The translations under genes were made by a program, and so were the position numbers. This document shows, piece after piece, positions 56,496 through 64,000 of a stretch of DNA of 64,000 bases (positions are counted from its first letter, which is position 1; every line of letters begins with the position of its first letter). Source of the stretch: an uncultured Candidatus Saccharibacteria bacterium (GTDB taxonomy: Bacteria; Patescibacteriota; Saccharimonadia; Saccharimonadales; Saccharimonadaceae); assembly GCA_964439975.1 (NCBI GenBank), contig CAYTPD010000003.1, positions 764-64,763 of the forward strand, given 5' to 3'. Below the pieces are notes generated by a model. That model was given only the letters and a program-made list of their open reading frames with translations. It was not told where the DNA came from and did not search any database.

Positions 56496-57182
56496 ATGTC
56501 GGTAGAGATTCTGTTGGTTGAGGATAATTTGTTAACCGCGCGGGGTTTACAGTACCTATTGGAGCGAGAAAAATATCGGGTCGATAATGCTCCAGATGCC
56601 AAAACTGCTCGTGAGTTCGCGCTGAAGACATACGATTTAATCTTGCTAGATGTTAGCCTGCCAGATAGTAATGGTTTTGAGCTCGCGCAGTTTCTTAAAA
56701 ATACTCAACCATCGACCCCGATTATCTTCTTAACGGCAAAAGATGAGGCGCACAATATTATCCATGGTTTAGAGTTAGGAGCGGATGATTATATTATTAA
56801 ACCTTTTCATAATCGTGAATTGTTGCTCAGGATCCAAAATGTTTTGCGACGATTTAATAAAGGTACGAAGTTGGTCAAATTCGACAATCTGGAACTGGAC
56901 GTCGATCAATCGATTGTAAAGGTCGACGGTCGGATTGTCGACCTGACGGCGCTAGAATATAAAATCTTTACGACCTTGCTCGAGCAGGCTGAGAAAATTG
57001 TCCCGCGAGAAAAGATCTTAGACGAAATTTGGGTTGCTTCGGGCCGGGTCGTAAATGATAACACAGTTTCGGTGTACGTGAAGCGTTTGCGCCAGAAAAT
57101 TGGCACTAATCATATCCAGACCGTAAAATGTCTCGGTTATCGTCTCGTGAAAATAAATGCTAAAAGTGGGCGGACAGAATAA
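56496..57182 (+). CDS. OmpR-family response regulator
   Basis: ILLVEDN...DLILLDVSLPDSNGFE receiver, plus winged-helix LTALEYKIFTTLL...GYRL. ATG lies 7 nt after TGTATAAT. Confidence 0.9.
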   Translation: MSVEILLVEDNLLTARGLQYLLEREKYRVDNAPDAKTAREFALKTYDLILLDVSLPDSNGFELAQFLKNTQPSTPIIFLTAKDEAHNIIHGLELGADDYIIKPFHNRELLLRIQNVLRRFNKGTKLVKFDNLELDVDQSIVKVDGRIVDLTALEYKIFTTLLEQAEKIVPREKILDEIWVASGRVVNDNTVSVYVKRLRQKIGTNHIQTVKCLGYRLVKINAKSGRTE

Positions 57183-57185
57183 ATC

Positions 57186-58406
57186 ATGTGGCGCAGAATT
57201 CGACAGATTTTCCTGCCCGTTTTAGCGATCATAGCGCTAGTAACGCTAATCTGTCTGGGAGCTTTTCGGCATATTACGCAGGCTTATCATGACCAAGCCA
57301 ATCTGGAGCTGAGTGGCTTAGTAGGGGCTGTTGCGGAAAAATATCCTGAAATTGACTCGGCGGATCTAATCCGTGCGCTCGATGATCAAAGTACTGAAGC
57401 TCAACAACAAGCTGGACGGAAAATTTTCCAACAATATGGCTATGTCGGCGACGATTTTTTTGCTTCGAGTACGTACAATTTAATAAAAGAGTTTGCCCTC
57501 TTAGGCTTATCCTTTATCGTATTATTAGCGATCGGACTGATACTGTATTTTATCTGGCGTGATTGGCGAAGAACGCGTCGAATTAAAGAGTTAGTGGGTT
57601 ATTTGCAAGATTTAAGCAATCAAATTTATGATTTAAAGCTTGAGAAAAATTCGGAAGATGAATTATCAATTTTGACCAATGAACTTTATAAAATTACCGT
57701 GGTGCTCAAAGAAGCAGCCGAAAATAATCGTAAATTGGCCGAAAATTTGGAAAAAGCTTTGGCAGATATTTCACATCAGTTGCGCACACCATTAACATCA
57801 CTCCAAATTATGGCGGATAGCTTGTATGAAGATCCGGAAATGGCAGTAACTTTGCGACAGGATTTTCTGCGTTCAATGAGCCAACAAGTCGAGACAATGT
57901 CGGAATTAGTCGCTACCCTACTTCATCTCGCGCAGCTCGACAATGGTTCGTTGGAGATGAATAATCAGTGGCTGAAAATTGGCGATTTGCTGAACAAGGT
58001 AAAGGAGAGGCTGGCAGTTTTGGCCGATTTGCAGGAAGTCAAGATCGAAATAGTCGGTTCACAATCAGCGATGATCAAGCTGGATGAAAATTGGCAAAGC
58101 GAAGCACTATCGAATATCGTAAAGAATGCGATCGAACATAGCAAGGTTGGTCAGACTGTAACTATTCGAGTAGAAGACTGTCCGCTGTTCTTGCGGATTG
58201 AGGTTATTGATACTGGCGAGGGGATGTCGCTCAGCGATCAAAAACATATTTTTGAGCGGTTTTATCGCGTGGCGGATTCCAAAAAGGATAGCGTGGGGAT
58301 CGGATTGGCGTTTGCTAAGGCAGTAATTTTGGCAAATAATGGGCAGATTTCGGTCGATTCAGAGTTAGGAAAAGGTACGAAATTTATTATTAAATATTTC
58401 AAGTAA
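57186..58406 (+). CDS. sensor histidine kinase (2 TM, HisKA, HATPase)
   Basis: DISHQLRTPLTSL H-box. NAIEHS, DTGEGM and GIGLAFAK boxes. Confidence 0.85.
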   Translation: MWRRIRQIFLPVLAIIALVTLICLGAFRHITQAYHDQANLELSGLVGAVAEKYPEIDSADLIRALDDQSTEAQQQAGRKIFQQYGYVGDDFFASSTYNLIKEFALLGLSFIVLLAIGLILYFIWRDWRRTRRIKELVGYLQDLSNQIYDLKLEKNSEDELSILTNELYKITVVLKEAAENNRKLAENLEKALADISHQLRTPLTSLQIMADSLYEDPEMAVTLRQDFLRSMSQQVETMSELVATLLHLAQLDNGSLEMNNQWLKIGDLLNKVKERLAVLADLQEVKIEIVGSQSAMIKLDENWQSEALSNIVKNAIEHSKVGQTVTIRVEDCPLFLRIEVIDTGEGMSLSDQKHIFERFYRVADSKKDSVGIGLAFAKAVILANNGQISVDSELGKGTKFIIKYFK

Positions 58407-58412
58407 ATGGGA

Positions 58413-59057
58413 CTACGCACACTTTTTAATTGGGTGTCGAATAACCGTTCGGAGTTTCTCGGCTTGGCATTTTCGTGGGTCGCTGAGATAAATTTCGTGA
58501 TGATAACGCGGGTTTTGAATGTCCAGCTCATAACCTTTTTCACTCATGTAGCTATGCATGAGTTGGATGGTTGCCGGTTCATCATCATAGGAACCGTGGT
58601 GCATACACTGAACACATAATCCTTCGTCATAAGTAAAAAATTCAACGCGAGAAAAATCTTGTTGTTTCTTTTTCGTCGCTTCCTCAATCGCCCAAGCAAA
58701 CTCAGCTTTCGTAATGAAATCTGGTAAACGAATAAGAGAAATAAAATTAAAATCTTCTTTTCTGGCATAATCTAGCTCTCCTGCCTGTGATTTTTCCTGC
58801 CACCAAAGCCCTTCTAACGGCGGGACAACAAACTGGTAAAAGCCATCAATCTTATGATCACCTTTATAGCTCATTTTAATCGTGTAGGCGACGGCATATA
58901 ATAAACCAAGGGTCTTTTTATAGTCGCCGTTTTCCAGGTTGGGGTCACCTTGACCCCTGACCGCGAGATAATTTACGCTTGGCATTTCCACCACGCCGGG
59001 CGTCTTCTTTGGTAAATAAAATTCTTTATATGCTTGTTTAAAATCTAGTTTTTCCAT
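58413..59057 (-). CDS. GyrI-like small-molecule-binding domain protein
   Basis: YLAVRGQGDPN...PPLEGLWW pattern (recalled family signature). Confidence 0.65.
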   Translation of the reverse strand: MEKLDFKQAYKEFYLPKKTPGVVEMPSVNYLAVRGQGDPNLENGDYKKTLGLLYAVAYTIKMSYKGDHKIDGFYQFVVPPLEGLWWQEKSQAGELDYARKEDFNFISLIRLPDFITKAEFAWAIEEATKKKQQDFSRVEFFTYDEGLCVQCMHHGSYDDEPATIQLMHSYMSEKGYELDIQNPRYHHEIYLSDPRKCQAEKLRTVIRHPIKKCA

Positions 59058-59065
59058 AATATTTT

Positions 59066-59395
59066 CTATCCTGAAGTTGCCTTTCTTCTTTTAAGTTTTG
59101 GTAACGGTGTAACCTTTTCGAGCTCGCTAATAATATCTCTACAAAAAGCTAGATTATCAATATCTAGGATATAATGTTCCCTTGCGCCGTCGTAGGGATA
59201 ACCTTTTTTCGCGTCTTGCATTTTGGCTTTAATACAATCAAGCTGTTTAACGAAGGGTATATTGTCGCAAACGATGATAATTGGTTTATCGTTAACGTAA
59301 ACCATGTATTCGCCGAACATTTTGCGAAATCTAACTTCTCCGACGTCCTTGATTTGTTCGCAGACGTATTCGGCATATTCTTTTGTCGTAGCCAT
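59066..59395 (-). CDS. TfoX N-terminal domain protein
   Basis: RFRKMFGEYMVYVNDKPIIIVCDN pattern. Confidence 0.65.
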   Translation of the reverse strand: MATTKEYAEYVCEQIKDVGEVRFRKMFGEYMVYVNDKPIIIVCDNIPFVKQLDCIKAKMQDAKKGYPYDGAREHYILDIDNLAFCRDIISELEKVTPLPKLKRRKATSG

Positions 59396-59431
59396 GGAAT
59401 AACGCTCCTATTTGTTTAATTGTAACATTTT

Positions 59432-59977
59432 TTAGAAATCATATTCGCGCGCTTCGGCATTGCCATATTCTACGCTCCACCAATCAGTGTCGTCGGTATA
59501 GCCCATAATGTTGTGGTGAAGTCCACGCGCGACTTGGCCGTGGGCCACGATTAAAATCGTTTCGTCATTAGAATGCTTGGATTTAATATCGTCCAAAACG
59601 GCTTTGGTGCGGACCAGGATATCTTTGACTGACTCAATGTTGCCGACATTGGTATTTAATTTCAAATCGCCGATGTCATAACCAGTGGCTTCAATCCAAC
59701 TATTTACCACCTTGCCTTCAAAATCGCCAAACGACCGCTCCATGAGCCGATCGTCAAACTGGATTTTATATTTGCCGTCTGTAGCGATTTCAGCCGTTTC
59801 ACGAGCGCGCTTCAAAGGTGAAGCATAAACCGCGTCAAACTTAATATCTTTGATTCTATCGCGCAGGGCTTCGGCTTGTTTAAGACCAGTTGCGTTGAGT
59901 GGAATATCAGGGCGACCCTGTGCTTTGTGCTGAACATTCCAGTCGGTTAAGCCGTGGCGAGCGATGTAGAGCTTCAT
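59432..59977 (-). CDS. histidine phosphatase family protein (PGM-like), copy a
   Basis: LYIARHGLTDWN RHG motif. LVAHG. Confidence 0.8.
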   Translation of the reverse strand: MKLYIARHGLTDWNVQHKAQGRPDIPLNATGLKQAEALRDRIKDIKFDAVYASPLKRARETAEIATDGKYKIQFDDRLMERSFGDFEGKVVNSWIEATGYDIGDLKLNTNVGNIESVKDILVRTKAVLDDIKSKHSNDETILIVAHGQVARGLHHNIMGYTDDTDWWSVEYGNAEAREYDF

Positions 59978-60381
59978 TGTTTTATTTTCTCCAAATTACC
60001 ATTTAGAATTGTTGCACCAAATGATTGTAATTCTTCATTAATATAAGGCTGGTCGGGTAGCGGGTTTAAGCAATAAATTGGCTTGTTAAAATACTGCGCT
60101 ACAAACATTTCGCAAAAACTATTTGCGCCAATATAGTTCTCAATGCCATTTTTGGTGTAATTACAAACCAGTACGACGTCAGCCTCGCGTATTTTGTCGG
60201 TATGCTTATGGCAAGAGTCGGTATTAATTTTGGCTTGAATTGGATCAAAATCGGGTTGCTCGGTTAGCCGATTAATCACGCCGTTCGGAAGTAATACTTC
60301 ATGCCCTAATGCTTCTAGTTGTTTGGCGATTTCGCGGACTTCATCGCCGAATTTTAGACTACAACAAATACAGATTTTCAT
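59974..60381 (-). CDS. nucleoside 2-deoxyribosyltransferase-like fold protein (tentative)
   Basis: ATG 60381 (MKICICCSL). IREADVVLVCN...GANSFCEMFVAQYFNKPIYCL resembles the family layout. Recalled only. Confidence 0.4.
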   Translation of the reverse strand: MKICICCSLKFGDEVREIAKQLEALGHEVLLPNGVINRLTEQPDFDPIQAKINTDSCHKHTDKIREADVVLVCNYTKNGIENYIGANSFCEMFVAQYFNKPIYCLNPLPDQPYINEELQSFGATILNGNLEKIKQ

Positions 60382-60388
60382 ATTTATC

Positions 60389-60829
60389 CTAATACAAATT
60401 AACAATTTCTAGCGGTGCGACTATACCAATTTTGATATTATTGATCGCGCCAAGCATTAGAACTTCGTTTCTGATTTCGGTTTTCATAGCGACAATTTCA
60501 TCATAAGAAAACCATTTTACATCTAAGATCTCGTTAGCGTCAAAAGCGATTTCTCCGCGCAGAAGTTTCGCGACAAAAATTACCGACACAAATAATCCGT
60601 CTTCCAAAACTCTGTTGCCAATCTGACAAACTGCGGTTGGTTCAACTTCACAGCCGGTTTCTTCTTTCGCTTCGCGCTTCGCCCCATCGATGATGGTTTC
60701 GTTCGGATCGAGATGTCCGGCCGGAAGATTCCATTTACCGTGGCAGCTCGCTTTTGCTTCTTGGACAAGTAGATATTTGCCATCTTTCTCTACGACAACT
60801 CCTACAATGATATTTGCGTTAGAACTCAT
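60389..60829 (-). CDS. NUDIX hydrolase
   Basis: Nudix box GHLDPNETIIDGAKREAKEETG. Confidence 0.85.
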   Translation of the reverse strand: MSSNANIIVGVVVEKDGKYLLVQEAKASCHGKWNLPAGHLDPNETIIDGAKREAKEETGCEVEPTAVCQIGNRVLEDGLFVSVIFVAKLLRGEIAFDANEILDVKWFSYDEIVAMKTEIRNEVLMLGAINNIKIGIVAPLEIVNLY

Positions 60830-61527
60830 AACTTGTTAACTCCTTTTATTTCTTTAAGGATTCTCCTATCTTCACCGTCAACCATAAAAGCATCCGCATC
60901 GTTTAAGCAAATTGCTTCTGCGCCGACCTGTGCAATTTTATCCAAGGCATTGCGTGCTGTGTTGACAGGACCATTCATGTCCATATGTGGCACAACATAC
61001 TCCGGAATTAAGCCAAGGTCTTGTTTATATGGGGTAATTCCGTAGATTTCCTTCGTTACATCAGGTATACGATGTAACGGCTGTTCTTCTCCCGGTTTTG
61101 TATCAATTTGGTATAATGACAAATCATGCGATGCTATCATTGAGCCCGCACTATAACCGCCATAGACAAATCTATCTTCGGCTACACCTTGCCGAATGAT
61201 CTCGTCCATGCCACTTTCGTGCAAAGCCGTAGCTAGACAGATTACATTACCACCGATAGAAAAGATTAACCCAGGTTGATTTTCTTCAATATATTGCGCA
61301 AGTTCTGATTGCTTGCCGAAATATGGTCGGAGATCTAATCTTTCGGCTTTAATCCCAATTTTGCTAAGATTCACGACTGTTTTCTCTACACTTTTGGCAA
61401 TTCGCGCTTCGTCGTCGTAATAGTCTCTAGCATTGCCAATAACAAACGCGTGTCTTTTCTCGCCAACCATTTCTTGCAGAGTAGTGGCGAAATTACCCAA
61501 ATCCTGACTGGCTAAAAATAATTTCAT
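60826..61527 (-). CDS. peptidase S51 (dipeptidase E-like), copy a
   Basis: IFSIGGN...YGGYSAGSMIAS serine-nucleophile context. Confidence 0.65.
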   Translation of the reverse strand: MKLFLASQDLGNFATTLQEMVGEKRHAFVIGNARDYYDDEARIAKSVEKTVVNLSKIGIKAERLDLRPYFGKQSELAQYIEENQPGLIFSIGGNVICLATALHESGMDEIIRQGVAEDRFVYGGYSAGSMIASHDLSLYQIDTKPGEEQPLHRIPDVTKEIYGITPYKQDLGLIPEYVVPHMDMNGPVNTARNALDKIAQVGAEAICLNDADAFMVDGEDRRILKEIKGVNKL

Positions 61528-61887
61528 GATTTCTCCTGTTTCTTACTTTCTACTTCACCACCTTTGGCAAATTTTACTTCGTCCATGTAGCCGACAATGG
61601 ATGCGACTAGCAAAAATGGCTTCCAAAACCACACCGAAGATAATTAAAGACTTCCTCCATAATTCTCCTTATAGACTACTAAGCTCGAGTTTCTTAGTTC
61701 ATAGAACTAAGAAACGGCTAGCCGTTTGTCGTGCATATTATCTTTATCCAATCGCCAGTATTCGTTTTTATGAAAACTAACAACTCAGATATTTTTATTG
61801 TAACATATTTAGGATATAGTCTGCCCTTACGAGCTTAAGTCATTATTATATTCAAAGTACATTATTATCAATGCATTGCATAACTTC

Positions 61888-62442
61888 TTAATGTTTCTTT
61901 ATCTCAAAAATGTAATAGGTTGCGTGCTTTGCTGGCACATTTAATAATTCTTGCATAGTGATTTCGCCGTTAAGCATGCGCAATTGTTTGATAACGTGGC
62001 TACTAGTGACAATTAAAATCGTTTCGTCATCCTTATGATGTCGTTTCAGATAATCCAAAAACTCACGCACGCGCTCCGTCATATCACTTACAGACTCATA
62101 TTTGTCCAAATATCTTGCAGAAATTGGGTCAGACTGCGCATCGCGCCAACCTTTGGCTTCGCTATACGGTCGACCTTCAAAGCCATTGCGCGTATCGTCC
62201 AGCAATTCATTTACTATCAAATCTTGTCCGTGATAACGGTTGATAACATCGGCGGTCTGCCTAGTGCGTTTCAATCTAGAAATGTAGATTTTATCGAACT
62301 TAAAGTCTTTCAGTTGCTCGGCCAAATCCTCGGCTTGCTTAATGCCTTTGTCGGTCAAATGTACATCTATTTCCGGATCATAATTGACCAAATCTTTGAC
62401 ATTATAGTTAGTTTCGGCATGGCGAGTGGCGATTAGTTTCAT
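61888..62442 (-). CDS. histidine phosphatase family protein, copy b
   Basis: LIATRHAETNYN RHA motif. IVTSSH. Confidence 0.75.
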   Translation of the reverse strand: MKLIATRHAETNYNVKDLVNYDPEIDVHLTDKGIKQAEDLAEQLKDFKFDKIYISRLKRTRQTADVINRYHGQDLIVNELLDDTRNGFEGRPYSEAKGWRDAQSDPISARYLDKYESVSDMTERVREFLDYLKRHHKDDETILIVTSSHVIKQLRMLNGEITMQELLNVPAKHATYYIFEIKKH

Positions 62443-62556
62443 ACAAACTCCAATAATTCCGGGAATTCGCGGTAGCCACTTTCGGAATTAAGATGTCCGC
62501 CGTCCTTAATGCGACTTGTTTGGTGGCAATAGTATCAGCAAATTCCTTTTTGCTCA

Positions 62557-63201
62557 TCATATTTCAATACTCTCTCCGACCTCTAACGGCATGAACTTTA
62601 TTCCGAGTTCATCGCAAACATTTTGTAGCCAATTGTTATTAATACTGTTACCAAGCTGAGAAAGCACTGCGTTATGCACCGGTACGGCAATTTGTGGTTG
62701 TATAGCTTGAATGTAGTTCATACTTTCTGAAATTTTACTCCATGGTGCAGCGCTTGGAACAAGTAATAAGGTGGGATTTTCTATATCATTCGGTTCGTCA
62801 AATGAATCACCAGGATTAACAATCTTGTCGTTAATGATGACGCCGAGATTAGCGCAAGAAATTTTGTCCGGCACGATGGAGGCGTGATTCTTTCCGAAAA
62901 ACTTTAGATTAAAATCACTTAAATTCCACTCAACGTTGTCTGCAACTTTTTCTACTGAATGTCCAGAAATTTCTGATAGCTCAAAATCTTGTGGCACAAA
63001 AATTCGGGCGTTTGGATTGTCGACCAGGACCTTTGCTAAAACTTCGGGCTGGAAATGATCACCGTGTTTATGGGTGATAATAATCACTTCAACATTAGCT
63101 AGCTGAGGTAATTTTACTTCGAATTCGACTGGATCGCAAAGAAGTTTCTTACCATTATGCTCAATAATACATCCAGAATGCTCTAATTTTGTAAATTTCA
63201 T
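62557..63201 (-). CDS. MBL-fold metallo-hydrolase
   Basis: IIITHKHGDHF (HxHxDH). Confidence 0.8.
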   Translation of the reverse strand: MKFTKLEHSGCIIEHNGKKLLCDPVEFEVKLPQLANVEVIIITHKHGDHFQPEVLAKVLVDNPNARIFVPQDFELSEISGHSVEKVADNVEWNLSDFNLKFFGKNHASIVPDKISCANLGVIINDKIVNPGDSFDEPNDIENPTLLLVPSAAPWSKISESMNYIQAIQPQIAVPVHNAVLSQLGNSINNNWLQNVCDELGIKFMPLEVGESIEI

Positions 63202-63275
63202 TGTATGTCCTCCAATAGTATGCGATTTACTGATTGCATTTTCTAAAAATTTGACCTGATCGTAAGTTGATATAT

Positions 63276-63944
63276 TTATTTGCCTTCTTTAGTTATACTA
63301 CCGTTTTGGGCTACGATGTAGTCGGTGCCGAGAATGACGGGCGGATCGCTATCAACAACTTTTAATGCGCATTGGTCAGAAACAGCATACACTGGCAGAG
63401 CAGTAAACTTTGAAGCCTCAATAACTTCTGGTTGATCGAATTTGTACCAACCGTGAAAATGTGGTAAAAACACAATCGGCACCAGCTCCATAAAATGGTC
63501 GGCTGTGCGTTTTTCTTTATAGACCGCAGATTGAATTTCCTCGGATTCTTTTTGGCAGAGAACACAAGAACCAGCGGAACTACCTACCCAAACTTTCTCA
63601 CTTAAGATTTTTGGCAATAACTTATCAAATCCAGTCTTGATAAAAGTATTGGCGAGATAATCGGTATTACCACCAAAACAGAAAACCATGTCGGCAAGGT
63701 CAATGCGTTCCCAAATATAATCCAAGTCGTGCGCCTGTAAATCAATGAACTCAAGATTCCCGCCTACAACTTGAGTTAGATTCGCTAACTCTTCAGTAAA
63801 CCAGCGCATATCGCCAGTCTCGGCTTTGATGGCTTCGTTGATGACTACGACATTAATCTTATCGCGTGATTTACCAACCATTTTTTCGAGAGCCGTGATA
63901 ATTTCTTCGTTAGCTAACCCGGATGAGGCGAGAATTAGTTTCAT
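63276..63944 (-). CDS. peptidase S51 (dipeptidase E-like), copy b
   Basis: FCFGGNT...WVGSSAGSCVLC. Confidence 0.65.
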   Translation of the reverse strand: MKLILASSGLANEEIITALEKMVGKSRDKINVVVINEAIKAETGDMRWFTEELANLTQVVGGNLEFIDLQAHDLDYIWERIDLADMVFCFGGNTDYLANTFIKTGFDKLLPKILSEKVWVGSSAGSCVLCQKESEEIQSAVYKEKRTADHFMELVPIVFLPHFHGWYKFDQPEVIEASKFTALPVYAVSDQCALKVVDSDPPVILGTDYIVAQNGSITKEGK

Positions 63945-64000
63945 ACAAACTCCTTAAATTATGATGATTTTTTCTTCAGTGCAGAATTCAACAATTCGAG

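Noticed and set aside
62408-62560. 50-codon minus-strand ORF (MMSKKEFADTIATKQVALRTAD…) whose N-terminus faintly resembles HU/IHF
   Set aside because: It overlaps the start of the histidine-phosphatase gene out of frame, it has no RBS, and the similarity is limited to about 15 residues. It is at best a pseudogene scrap.

Overview
This 64-kb chromosomal window looks like it comes from a reduced-genome bacterium with a Gram-positive-type wall. The evidence is FemAB-type cross-bridge enzymes, a LysM-CHAP hydrolase, many lineage-specific insertions and low-complexity tails, and almost no biosynthetic genes. My guess is a Patescibacteria/CPR, Saccharibacteria-like organism, but that is inference only. 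The genetic code is standard. There are about 62 protein genes, roughly 80 percent on the minus strand, and most are housekeeping. Recognised genes are rsmD, recG, trmD, obg, a ruvX-mltG fusion, eno, dnaE, galU, rpsJ, tuf and uvrB. Also present are an ABC-F ATPase, two two-component systems, a Mur-ligase/DegT/FemAB cell-wall operon and a BceAB/RS-like exporter module. An AT-richer accessory block of small hydrolases spans 58.4-64 kb. Three tRNAs are present (Pro-TGG, Arg-TCG, Arg-CCG). I found no rRNA, no CRISPR array and no intact mobile element; the only mobile trace is a decayed serine-recombinase remnant fused to a truncated HD-domain module beside tRNA-Pro. The most unusual feature is a family of four coding cassettes, each exactly 181 bp, at 19.6-20.2 kb and 22.3 kb. 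Each has an identical 22-bp 5' box, a conserved 12-bp 3' box and a gapless 58-codon frame, the copies lie in both orientations, and there is no N-terminal gene part or RBS. This is a candidate cassette-based variation or shufflon-like locus, or alternatively a set of leaderless mini-genes. The cassettes are flanked by a 105-nt perfect-stem palindromic element and a degenerate ~30-bp tandem array between two tRNA-Arg genes. Other notable observations:
- an (ATTAG)11 microsatellite sits 1 nt upstream of the obg start codon;
- extended -10 promoters (TGTGCTATAAT) lie 6-7 nt from the ATG of many genes, implying leaderless mRNAs;
- one such promoter is nested inside the pseudouridine synthase gene;
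- a small RNA candidate bounded by a promoter and a terminator lies upstream of trmD;
- TrmD carries an ~80-aa insertion;
- rpsJ is orphaned from both tuf and the rest of the S10 operon.
All calls come from reading the sequence and the ORF track by eye. No database search or folding program was run.
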